DNA of 64,000 nt, from contig JAJZFV010000055.1 in the NCBI GenBank assembly GCA_021805205.1, positions 17,287 to 81,286 of the forward strand, given 5' to 3'. The first letter of the stretch is position 1, and the number at the start of each line of letters is the position of its first letter. The notes under the pieces were generated by a model that saw nothing but the letters and a program-made list of their open reading frames with translations, was not told the DNA's origin and did no database searches. Positions 9,382 through 18,316 of the stretch are shown piece after piece. A program made the position numbers and the translations under genes. Origin of the DNA: Actinomycetes bacterium. GTDB taxonomy: Bacteria > Actinomycetota > Acidimicrobiia > Acidimicrobiales > Acidimicrobiaceae.

Positions 9382-11427
9382 CTAGGAGCCATAGCGGGGG
9401 ACAAAGCTAACGGGGGCAATTCTATTTGCACGATCGATGATCATCCAATTTGTGATCTCACCCGCTGGTGCTGGCCTAGAGATATAGAAGCCTTGAGCCA
9501 TATCGCAGCCTATCTCGCCTAAATCTTGGAGGACCTCTAGGGTTTCAACTCCTTCAGCGACGGTCTTTAGGCCAAGTTCGCGAGCTAGATTGACGATCGC
9601 TTTTACTATGATCCTCATCCTCTCGTTGTTCTTCATCGATGTGACGTAAGAGGAGTCGATCTTAATGGTATTTATCGGAAGGTTTTTGAGATAATCAAAG
9701 GAGGAGTACCCGGTACCGAAGTCGTCGACCGATACCTGAACCCCGATCTCGCGCAGCCTTTCAATGGTCAAGATCGAGCGGCTACGATCTGCCATAACTG
9801 AAGACTCAGTAATCTCAACCTCCAACCACGAGGGATCGACGCCACTACGACGGATCGCCTCATCGACGCGGGAGGCAAATGATAGATCATGGAGATTTCG
9901 AGCGGAGGCGTTCACGGCCACAGCAACGTCAATACCAGCTTCATGCCACTTCGAAAGTTGACTAAGGGCGCTCTCTAGAACCCACTCTGTAAGTGGAATC
10001 ATCAAGTCGGTCTGTTCTGCCATCGGCATAAACTCCCCTGGTGATATCATTCCAAGCTTTGGGTGACGCCATCGAATTAGCGCCTCCAAACCCCCAACCT
10101 CACCATCTTTAAGGGAGAGCTTCGGCTGATAGGCGAGAAATAGTTGATCGGTTCCTATGGCCTCCTTCAGGTCGCCTAAAAGCGCCAGACGACCGGGGCG
10201 TGGGAGATCTCCGTCGTTTGCGTAGCTTACAAAGCTGCTCTTTTGTCGCTGAGCCTTATAGAGGGCGTAGTCAGCCCTTCTAACAAGCTCAACTAGGTTA
10301 TCCGCATCGGTAGGATAAGAGGCTGCGCCGATATTTGCACCACAGGCCAGTGGTACGCCATCGAGGTCGATGCTTACCCCAATCTCATGGACGACCGCTT
10401 CAGCATAGGAAAGGAGCTCGTCTCCAGATAGCTTTTTAAATAGCGCGATTGCAAAGGTGCCTCCACCGAAGGAGGCCACGATACTTTGGGGACCAGAAAC
10501 CTTTTCAACTTTGAGAGCCGCACCTCGAATCATTCCAACCGCCATCTGGCTACCGAGGCTATCTTCTACTGCAGATACCCCATCGATCTGTAGAAGAAGT
10601 AGCGTTATCAGGCTCTTGCGATTGGAGCCAGATCCCATATGGTCTCCAATAAGTTTTTCAAAGTGGGGACGACTATAGAGACCGGTGCCGGGGTCGACAC
10701 TCTGCAACATTCGATCGATAGCAGCGCTACTAACCATGTGAGTTACAACAAGACCAATAAAGACTAAGAGTAAAGAAAATGTCGTGCCTTCCAAGACTTG
10801 AAAGGCTATCAAAGTGCCGACTGTGAAGAGCAGTAGGTCGCCGACTGCAGTTATGCTAGCTGCCTCCTTGATCGCCCGAGTCATACTCTTTTCTCGAACG
10901 ATTGCAAAGAAGAAGGCTCGCAAAAGGACGTGAACTACGGTCGCGAAGACGATAGTAGCGACAATGACGCTCGAGTGATGAAGGGCGATCACACTCGTCG
11001 CCTCTGAAAATATCTTTGAGTACTGATTTAAGATCGAGGCCATCGAACCAAAGATCACCGATGAAGCTAGGAGATCGAGGGCAATTGAGACCGGATGCTT
11101 ACGTAGAACTTTGCCAACGATAAGAGATATCAGGACCAGAGCCAAGACCGAGATGACACTTGGGGCTAGATAGATTGCAGCGGTGGCAAAGGCAAACGAA
11201 AATGAAGATGGGGGCTGCATTCTAAGTTGGCGCGGGATCCGCACTAGGTAAAGTTCGCATGCGGCCACCGCCACTAGCAAAAACGTAACCTCTACTACGA
11301 CATTGCTCGTTGCAAAGAATTCAAAATGAGGCAGATCTAGAAGAACCAGAATGGAGAGGAAAGCCACAGATAGCAAATAGAGTGTACCTTCTAACTTTGC
11401 CGTCGACCTATTTGTTGATTGAGCCAT
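9382..11427 (-). CDS. Multi-TM sensor + degenerate GGDEF + intact EAL domain (probable c-di-GMP phosphodiesterase)
   Basis: About 7 TM helices. GGDEF is replaced by GGGTF. EAL motifs are complete: EALIRW, AVN, EITES, DDFGTGYSS, IKID, EGVE, QG. Confidence 0.9.
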   Translation of the reverse strand: MAQSTNRSTAKLEGTLYLLSVAFLSILVLLDLPHFEFFATSNVVVEVTFLLVAVAACELYLVRIPRQLRMQPPSSFSFAFATAAIYLAPSVISVLALVLISLIVGKVLRKHPVSIALDLLASSVIFGSMASILNQYSKIFSEATSVIALHHSSVIVATIVFATVVHVLLRAFFFAIVREKSMTRAIKEAASITAVGDLLLFTVGTLIAFQVLEGTTFSLLLVFIGLVVTHMVSSAAIDRMLQSVDPGTGLYSRPHFEKLIGDHMGSGSNRKSLITLLLLQIDGVSAVEDSLGSQMAVGMIRGAALKVEKVSGPQSIVASFGGGTFAIALFKKLSGDELLSYAEAVVHEIGVSIDLDGVPLACGANIGAASYPTDADNLVELVRRADYALYKAQRQKSSFVSYANDGDLPRPGRLALLGDLKEAIGTDQLFLAYQPKLSLKDGEVGGLEALIRWRHPKLGMISPGEFMPMAEQTDLMIPLTEWVLESALSQLSKWHEAGIDVAVAVNASARNLHDLSFASRVDEAIRRSGVDPSWLEVEITESSVMADRSRSILTIERLREIGVQVSVDDFGTGYSSFDYLKNLPINTIKIDSSYVTSMKNNERMRIIVKAIVNLARELGLKTVAEGVETLEVLQDLGEIGCDMAQGFYISRPAPAGEITNWMIIDRANRIAPVSFVPRYGS

Positions 11428-11604
11428 CTCTTAGTGCCTTGGCAAGGCGATATCCCTCGATCGCAAACTTTAACCTTGGCTATAATCGAACTAAAACCGA
11501 CAAAGGTTTAGCAAAAATATGAAGTCCGCTTCGCGACGCGACTCGTATCTGCCATCTGAAGCTCGGGATTTTACTACTCCAATTGGCTGCAAAGGCTATC
11601 GAAG

Positions 11605-12306
11605 CTACGCCCCAAGCGAAGGGGTAACGATGCCTGGAACTGCTATCACAATCGAAGAACTCAGCGGAGATATCTTGTCGTTGGCTACAATGCGAACCTC
11701 ATATGTTACAGCCGGGGTGGGAAGCGAAGCGATATTGACATTCAACTGGCTTGAGGCACCGGTTGTAGCCGACTGTGGAACTGTAATCGGAGCAATCTGT
11801 TCGCTCGCCGTAGGACAAAGAAGCACTTCAGAAGTTTGCGTGAGGTTGCTACCAAGGATCTGTACAGTTGCTCCCCCACCTGAAAATACAGGGTTTACTG
11901 CAGTGACTATCGGAGCCCGCGTACCAGTTGAAGCTGGCGAAGAGCAACCATAGCTGGCAACTGCAGTGGTGGTGGTAGAAGCGGTCGTGGTAGATGTGGT
12001 GGGAGGAGCTGAGGTCGTGATGATCGGAGGAGTCGAAATCGAAGTCTCCGTGGAAGTGGGCTTAGCAAGCGGAGCAACTGTGGTAGTAGAAGCAACAGTT
12101 GTAGCAGGAGCAACAGTTGTAGCGACGACGGAAGTCGACGGTGCAACTGTAGCAACCGGAGTTGCTCCAAAGGTCTTTGGAACTTGGAGAGAATTTGAGA
12201 CCCGGGGAGTGGATGTAACCAAGTATCCCCCGTAGGCAAGAAGTAGTGCACCAACGAGTGATGCACTACCCACAGTAACGGCTCTACTGTCGAAAACCTT
12301 AGGCAT
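11605..12306 (-). CDS. Membrane-anchored/secreted Thr/Ser-rich protein with C-terminal Ig-like (IPT/TIG-like) domain
   Basis: N-terminal TM helix, ~80-aa T/S/A/P linker, then P.VTAVNP...GGATVQILGSNL. Plus-strand ORFs here are antisense shadows. Confidence 0.65.
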   Translation of the reverse strand: MPKVFDSRAVTVGSASLVGALLLAYGGYLVTSTPRVSNSLQVPKTFGATPVATVAPSTSVVATTVAPATTVASTTTVAPLAKPTSTETSISTPPIITTSAPPTTSTTTASTTTTAVASYGCSSPASTGTRAPIVTAVNPVFSGGGATVQILGSNLTQTSEVLLCPTASEQIAPITVPQSATTGASSQLNVNIASLPTPAVTYEVRIVANDKISPLSSSIVIAVPGIVTPSLGA

Positions 12307-12369
12307 TCAAGACTCCTGCCACCAAAATCTTCACTTATCGTAAGCGAAGAAGCTTTATATTGCCATGAT

Positions 12370-12385
12370 AGTGAGAAATATCACC
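12370..12385. promoter_or_regulatory. CRP/FNR-type box
   Basis: AGTGA-gaaata-TCACC, about 65 bp upstream of the 12306 start. Confidence 0.4.
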
Positions 12386-12436
12386 GATAGTGACAAAAAT
12401 TCCTAAAGTTTTCTAATTTTGTGCCGATGGAGCGCT

Positions 12437-12946
12437 CTATCCCCAGATTTCCTCGCCATATGGACGCATTCGAGCTGGTGCGAAGTCGCGCTTCCACACC
12501 ATCACTCGACGACGGAAGTAGCAAACCTCTACTCCATCTTGGTTGATTCCCTTTGTTTCGACTAGGACCACACCTCTATCTTCACGAGACTTCGAAGCAG
12601 TCTTATCCAAAACTCGGGTCTCAGCGTAGATAGTATCTCCATGAAAGGTCGGATTCTTATGCTGCAGCGTCTCAATCTCAAGATTGGCTATCGCAGCACC
12701 AGAGACATCTGGAACCGACATTCCAAGGACCAGCGAATACACCAAGTTACCAACTACGACATTTCGCTTTTGGACACTCTCGTGCTCTGCGAAGTAGGCG
12801 TTGGTGTGAAGTGGATGGTGGTTCATCGTGATCATACAAAAGAGGTGATCATCCGCTTCAGTGATCGTCTTTCCAGGCCAATGCTTGTAGACGTCTCCGA
12901 CCTCAAAGTCTTCAAAGTACCTTCCGAAGGGCCTGTCATGAATCAT
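12437..12946 (-). CDS. MaoC-family dehydratase, probable mesaconyl-CoA hydratase (Mch)
   Basis: FGRYFEDFEVGDVYKHWPGKT, DDHLFC..TMNHHPLH, GMSVPDVSG, PTFHGDT. Start moved to ATG 12946, which overlaps the upstream stop (ATGA). Confidence 0.85.
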   Translation of the reverse strand: MIHDRPFGRYFEDFEVGDVYKHWPGKTITEADDHLFCMITMNHHPLHTNAYFAEHESVQKRNVVVGNLVYSLVLGMSVPDVSGAAIANLEIETLQHKNPTFHGDTIYAETRVLDKTASKSREDRGVVLVETKGINQDGVEVCYFRRRVMVWKRDFAPARMRPYGEEIWG

Positions 12947-13395
12947 TGGAAGGTCAATCCATCGACTGGAAACTCTGGCATTGGACGAGTGGAAAAGAAG
13001 GCGGTCCAGTTGGCATCGCTGTGACCGTTTATGGTCATGCGCCACATGTACGAACGTCCCGGAGCCAGGGGAAGTGGCCCGAGGTTGATCGCCATATTGA
13101 TCGGTGTTGCAGATTCAGCAGGGTTTCCCTCAGGCACTGCAACCCGAAAGTCGCCACGTACCTCGACTGGGCGAGGGCCATCAGCGGTTTCGAGGATCAC
13201 AGCTTCACCATTGGTCTCTTCCAAGAAGAGCTCCCAGTGGTGCTCTTCGGAGACCACGTTGAAGTCCACGTCAACCTTTATCGCGATCGCCATAGGTGCT
13301 GGGCCTGGTCCAATTAGCGACCAGCCGCCACCAAGGATAAATAATTTAGAGTCGGCAATTACAGCCGCATCACAGAGTAATAATGTTGCATTCAC
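12943..13395 (-). CDS. DUF6941-like hypothetical protein
   Basis: (M)NATLLLCDAA...KLFILGGGW...LPLAPG..Y.W...ING pattern. GTG 13395 has TAGCGT 7 nt upstream. Confidence 0.65.
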   Translation of the reverse strand: MNATLLLCDAAVIADSKLFILGGGWSLIGPGPAPMAIAIKVDVDFNVVSEEHHWELFLEETNGEAVILETADGPRPVEVRGDFRVAVPEGNPAESATPINMAINLGPLPLAPGRSYMWRMTINGHSDANWTAFFSTRPMPEFPVDGLTFQ

Positions 13396-13419
13396 GCTAA
13401 ACACGCTAGTGTCTTTACC

Positions 13420-14079
13420 GTGACATCTGCCATCGCATATCAACTTCGTGACGACCTTTATCGAAGACCACTGGTAGCCGCTCTTGAACGCCTCGGAGAT
13501 ACCGAAGGAATGACATCTGTCGACGTGGGTGCCGGAGGCGGCGACGTGACAGTTGCCCTGGCTGAAATAAGTGGCGATACCGGGAGGGTCTATGCGGTTG
13601 ACATCGATCCCATTAGGCGCAATGAGATTGCCAAGCGCGCCGCAAATTACTCTCAGGTTGTGGCCCTAACCCAAAGCGTTGAGGAACTAACCCTCCCCGA
13701 GAAGGTTGACCTTGCCTTCGCCCGGTTCCTTCTACTAAACGTCTATGACCCCAAGGTTGCAATTGAACGAATGGTACGGGCCATAAAGCCCGGAGGATGG
13801 CTCGTTTTACAAGAGGCAATTACCTCCTTCGGCAGAGTGGGGTCGACGCCGCTCAGTCTGGACACCGAACAAGTCGTCGATCAAGACATCGGCCTTCGAC
13901 TCTTGAACCTCCTCCCCTACGGCGAAGTTACTGTACGAGATTGCTGGATGGAATCACCCATGGGAAGAGGAAACAGCGATATCTCGTCTTACTTAGAGGC
14001 GATGACCGAGATCAGAGTCGACGATGAGACCATTATTCTCCCTCCGATCGTCACTGTAGTCGCCCGCCGAAAGAGCTAA
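13420..14079 (+). CDS. Class I SAM-dependent methyltransferase
   Basis: VDVGAGGG, YAVDID, DLAFARFLL, IKPGGWL. TAGTGT lies 7 nt before the GTG. Confidence 0.85.
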   Translation: MTSAIAYQLRDDLYRRPLVAALERLGDTEGMTSVDVGAGGGDVTVALAEISGDTGRVYAVDIDPIRRNEIAKRAANYSQVVALTQSVEELTLPEKVDLAFARFLLLNVYDPKVAIERMVRAIKPGGWLVLQEAITSFGRVGSTPLSLDTEQVVDQDIGLRLLNLLPYGEVTVRDCWMESPMGRGNSDISSYLEAMTEIRVDDETIILPPIVTVVARRKS

Positions 14080-14195
14080 CTCGACCCCGACACGACGGTA
14101 GTTCGACAGAGAGACTAATGTCACATCGAGTGATGTGGTTTTACTATATCGTCTCCCAAAATAAAACCAAGAGATCGACTATTATCGGTAAGAAT

Positions 14196-15785
14196 ATGAA
14201 GACTCCTGACATGCAACTAGCGGCCGAGGCCGTAGAAATAGCGAAAATTATCGTCTCCAAAGCAATCGGCGAGGTAGCCGCTGAGGGAATCGACGCCAAT
14301 CAAGTAACGGCGTACGACCTAGCCCACGGTGCCTCAGGGGTGGAGGCTGCCCGTTCAATGCTCGACTACGGCGCCAAAGGAGACGTAGAGGCTCGCCTCT
14401 CATGCGCATTCATCGCTGACGTTCTTGCTGATCTGGTGTCGCGAGTCTATGGACGTGAAGAGAACTGGGGAATCACTCCAGCCGACCTAAATCGTGCTCA
14501 CGCCTTCATTAAAGACTTCCGTAGCCCTGAATTTGTTGCTTCGCTAGCAAAGCAACAGGGACCAACCCACCTCGACGTCGACTTCGAGCTGGTCCAAGAT
14601 ACCTTCGCCCGCTTCGCCCGCGAGGTAATCGCTCCGCAGGCCGATGAAATTCACCGCAAGAACCTCGACGTCCCAGAGGAGGTCATCAGCGGTTTGGGAG
14701 AGATCGGCGCTTTCGGCCTGTCCATCCCTGAAGAGTTTGGCGGCTTCGCATCAGGATCTGAAAACGACTACCTCGCTATGGTAGTAGCTACCGAAGAGCT
14801 CTCCAAGGCCTCACTAGCTTCGGGCGGCTCGCTAATCACTCGCCCTGAGATCCTAGCGAGAGCACTGATGCGCGGAGGAACCGAAGAGCAAAAGCAGTAC
14901 TGGCTTCCTAAGCTTGCTACTGGCGAGACCATGGCTGCTGTAGCCGTAACCGAACCTGACTACGGATCAGATGTCGCCTCCCTTTCTACAACTGCCACCC
15001 GAGCCGAGGGCGGATGGATCCTAAATGGCGTCAAGACCTGGTGCACCTTTGCTGCGCGTGCTGACGTATTGATGGTGCTTGCTCGAACCAACCCCGATCG
15101 TTCGCTCGCCCACAGAGGCCTCTCACTCTTCATAGTAGAAAAGCCTCGCGGCGACTCCGAAGGTTGGGCATTTACACAAGAGAACCCAGTAGGTGGCGTA
15201 GGCAAGATGGAAGGTCAACCCATAGATACCGTTGGCTATCGCGGCATGCACTCATATGAGATCGCCATCGACAACTGGTTCGTACCTCAATCCAATCTGG
15301 TAGGAGACGAAGGAGGCCTAGGCAAGGGATTCTACTTCCAAATGGAGGGCTTTGAAAATGGCCGCATCCAGACTGCTGCGCGCGCTATTGGATTGATGCA
15401 AGTCGCCTACGAAGTAGCTCTGGCCTATGCCGAGAACCGTAAGGTCTTTGGCTCCCCTATCGTTGACTACCAGCTAACGCAGTACAAGCTAGGGCGCATG
15501 GCATATATCATCCAGGCTGCAAGGCAATTCTCCTACCACGTATCTGCCCTAATGGCAAAGGGTGAGGGTGCCCTGGAGGCTTCGATGGTGAAGGCCTATG
15601 TCTGTCGCGCCGCCGAGTGGGTTACGCGCGAAGCGATGCAGATTCATGGCGGTATGGGATACGCCGAAGAGTATTCGGTTTCTCGTTACTTCCTCGATGC
15701 TAGGGTACTTTCGATCTTCGAGGGCGCTGATGAGACCCTTTCACTTAAAGTAATTGCCAGGAAGCTGATCGACTCACAGTCATAA
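14196..15785 (+). CDS. Acyl-CoA dehydrogenase with N-terminal extension, probable (2S)-methylsuccinyl-CoA dehydrogenase (Mcd)
   Basis: GSLITRPEI, TEPDYGSD, NGVKTW, GYRGMHSYE, FENGRIQTAARAIG, QIHGGMGY, IFEGADE. About 130 extra N-terminal residues, as in Mcd-type enzymes. Confidence 0.85.
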   Translation: MKTPDMQLAAEAVEIAKIIVSKAIGEVAAEGIDANQVTAYDLAHGASGVEAARSMLDYGAKGDVEARLSCAFIADVLADLVSRVYGREENWGITPADLNRAHAFIKDFRSPEFVASLAKQQGPTHLDVDFELVQDTFARFAREVIAPQADEIHRKNLDVPEEVISGLGEIGAFGLSIPEEFGGFASGSENDYLAMVVATEELSKASLASGGSLITRPEILARALMRGGTEEQKQYWLPKLATGETMAAVAVTEPDYGSDVASLSTTATRAEGGWILNGVKTWCTFAARADVLMVLARTNPDRSLAHRGLSLFIVEKPRGDSEGWAFTQENPVGGVGKMEGQPIDTVGYRGMHSYEIAIDNWFVPQSNLVGDEGGLGKGFYFQMEGFENGRIQTAARAIGLMQVAYEVALAYAENRKVFGSPIVDYQLTQYKLGRMAYIIQAARQFSYHVSALMAKGEGALEASMVKAYVCRAAEWVTREAMQIHGGMGYAEEYSVSRYFLDARVLSIFEGADETLSLKVIARKLIDSQS

Positions 15786-15791
15786 ATTTCT

Positions 15792-15858
15792 AAACCGCTG
15801 CACCGGATGTTCCTACTCCAAGCCGAGTTTGAATCTCACCACCGGTGCAGCGGTTTTT
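15792..15858 (+). terminator. Long-loop inverted repeat with U-tract after the acyl-CoA dehydrogenase
   Basis: AAACCGCTGCACCGG-(35 nt)-CCGGTGCAGCGGTTT followed by further Ts. Confidence 0.6.
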
Positions 15859-15998
15859 TCTTTTAAGTACCCTTAATGGCAGGCAAAAGCTTCAAAGTCT
15901 CGCCGATCGATGCCGATGACCTATTATCTAATATGTGCAGTCGGCGCTGCAAATGAATTCTCATTCCAGGCTAACTGAAAAGATCAGGGAGAGACTTA

Positions 15999-16805
15999 GT
16001 GAAACAAGCAAGGGACGCAGTCGCCTGGATTGCACTAAACATAGGCGCGATCTTCGGATTGATAGGGCTCTTCTCCTACTCCGCCTCACAGAGTGTCTTC
16101 AAACCGGGAACCCTAAGTACCGCAGTTACGACGATCATCTCAAATCCAACTGTTCGCAATGACTTAGCGACAACCTTTGCAAATACGGTCGCAGCCAATC
16201 AGTCTTCAATAGTGGCTAACTCTACAGTGACCGCCACAATTGCTACGGCGCTAAAGACTGCACTAACCGATCCCACGGTAGAAAGCAACATCAAGGGCGC
16301 CCTTAATGCGGCTCAGAATCGCCTTAACGGTTTAGGGAGTGCACCAATCACGATATCTAATGGTGCCCTAACCGCCGCAATAGTAAACAACATCCCACCA
16401 AGTGATCCCACATTAGCCCAAGCGATTAAGTCCACAAATCTATCATTTACAATTCCGGGGACATCTCTGCCCAATTTGGGCAAGATCAAATCCTACCTAC
16501 CCCGAGTTGAGCACGACTCGCTGGCAGCTGCCGCACTCCTGATCGGATTCGCTATTTTGATCGCAATTTCGCGAGCTGGAGTGATCGCATCCCTTGGATG
16601 GCGCATTGTCTTTCTCACCTTCTTCAATGCATTCATCTTCTATATCGTGCCAAACTTCGTTATCCCGGCCCTCTCGATCTCATGGGGTCCAGTGGCAGCG
16701 ATCATACTGCGAGCAGTAGGAGGGGCCGTAGCGACCACCTATGCGACTCTCTTTATCGCAGGAGTAGCGGCCATCATTCTTCCACGTTTTATCTTCTCTA
16801 AGTAA
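15999..16805 (+). CDS. Hypothetical membrane protein
   Basis: N-terminal TM helix, charge-poor A/T/N/S extracytoplasmic region, three C-terminal TM helices, AGGGAG RBS. Confidence 0.75.
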   Translation: MKQARDAVAWIALNIGAIFGLIGLFSYSASQSVFKPGTLSTAVTTIISNPTVRNDLATTFANTVAANQSSIVANSTVTATIATALKTALTDPTVESNIKGALNAAQNRLNGLGSAPITISNGALTAAIVNNIPPSDPTLAQAIKSTNLSFTIPGTSLPNLGKIKSYLPRVEHDSLAAAALLIGFAILIAISRAGVIASLGWRIVFLTFFNAFIFYIVPNFVIPALSISWGPVAAIILRAVGGAVATTYATLFIAGVAAIILPRFIFSK

Positions 16806-17083
16806 GGACTGCAAAAGCCGTTCAAGTATCGGGTTCCCTTGGTTTGGGCGTTGATTAGAGAGCGACCGATAGATCACAAAAAGATAACGAGTCAGATGTA
16901 TTTAGTTGGACTCGAATTGCAATTGGTCTAATCCTCAAACTGAAACCATTAGAACACTTCCAGTTGATCCACATCTAGTTGCACCAAGATAGCGCACAAT
17001 TTAGTCAAGGTGGGATCTGTTAGCTTAGCATCGCCTTCGTATTTAGAAAAAGTACCAGATTACCGATAGAGCCCAACTTAACG

Positions 17084-17122
17084 AAAATTGGTTGAGACGA
17101 AATTCTTTCGTCTCAACCAATT
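17084..17122 (-). terminator. Rho-independent terminator after the CoA ester lyase
   Basis: AATTGGTTGAGACGAAA-ttc-TTTCGTCTCAACCAATT, 17-bp stem. Confidence 0.75.
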
Positions 17123-17167
17123 GAACGTTAACTAGAGAAATAGTTAGTTCCAAGTATCGAGGCTTGG

Positions 17168-18103
17168 CTAGTTGCCACGCTTTAGACCGGCGCGCTCGCC
17201 CCTAGAGACAAATTTGATGGCCATCTTACGGGATGCTTCATCGATCATTTCATCGCCGAACATAACCGCGCCCTTGCGGTCTCCTTCGGTCGCCTCTTTG
17301 TAGGCATCCAAGATTGCGTTTGCTCTATCAAACTGCTCCTGGGTGGGAGAGTAGATCTTGTTAATCTCTGTTACCTGATCTGGATGGAGCGCCCACTTGC
17401 CGTCGTAACCAAGGTTGGCTGTGCGCTGGCAGTAGTCGTGCAATCCTTCGATGTCACGAATCTTCAAAAATGGACCATCGATGACTTGGAGACCAAAGGC
17501 ACGTCCTGCCATCAAGATCTTGGAGAAGACATAGTGGAAGTGGTCACCAGGATAAGTCGGGATCTGCACGCCGCCGGTAAGGACTGGCATCTCCATCGAT
17601 GCAGCAAAGTCTGCTGGTCCAAAGACTATTGTCTCGAGTCGCTTCGAAGATGCACAGATCTCCTCGACGTTGATCAAGCCTAATGTCGACTCAATCTGAG
17701 CTTCAATTCCGATGTGGCCAATTGGAAGGCCAAAGTTCTTTTCTACTTGAGTTAGGAGGAGATCCATCGCGATGACATCAGCGGCGCTTTGAACCTTAGG
17801 TAGCATGATCTCGTCTAGGCGTTCGCCCGCACCACCAACTACCTCGATGACATCTTGATAGGTCCACTTGGTATCCCATGCATTTACACGCACACAGAGA
17901 ACGCGATCGTCCCAGGGCAACTCGCGAATGGCATTTACGACCTTCCCACGCGCAGCCTCCTTTTCAAGGGGAGCCACTGAATCCTCGAGGTCAAGAAAGG
18001 ACATATCAGCTGGAATAGTAGGCGCCTTCTCAAGGAAGCGCTCGGAAGAGCCGGGTACCGATAGGCAAGAACGGCGGGGGAGATTTCTACTTCGTTCGGA
18101 CAT
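17168..18103 (-). CDS. CitE/HpcH-family CoA ester lyase, probable malyl-CoA/beta-methylmalyl-CoA lyase (Mcl)
   Basis: PRRSCLSVPGS, FLDLEDSVAP, VRVN, MLPKV, AQIES, FGPADF, DGP, GYDGKWALHP, EMIDEASRKMA. Confidence 0.88.
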   Translation of the reverse strand: MSERSRNLPRRSCLSVPGSSERFLEKAPTIPADMSFLDLEDSVAPLEKEAARGKVVNAIRELPWDDRVLCVRVNAWDTKWTYQDVIEVVGGAGERLDEIMLPKVQSAADVIAMDLLLTQVEKNFGLPIGHIGIEAQIESTLGLINVEEICASSKRLETIVFGPADFAASMEMPVLTGGVQIPTYPGDHFHYVFSKILMAGRAFGLQVIDGPFLKIRDIEGLHDYCQRTANLGYDGKWALHPDQVTEINKIYSPTQEQFDRANAILDAYKEATEGDRKGAVMFGDEMIDEASRKMAIKFVSRGERAGLKRGN

Positions 18104-18216
18104 GTGATCGATATTACTTGAATATGGAACTCTCGTACCATATTAAATAGGCAATATTTATCAGACTATGAATCATGTCACGTTGGCCACTTGACCAAAG
18201 ATCAACCAAAAGCAAG

Positions 18217-18253
18217 AAAAAGGGGGCTTTCATCTATCGATGAAAGCCCCCTT
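18217..18253 (-). terminator. Rho-independent terminator
   Basis: AAGGGGGCTTTCATC...GATGAAAGCCCCCTT with an A-run giving a U-tract on the minus strand. Confidence 0.8.
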
Positions 18254-18316
18254 GCATGCCTATCTTTATCCCACTCCAGACAAGTCAAGACACATTGCTC
18301 AAACTAATTTGAACCA

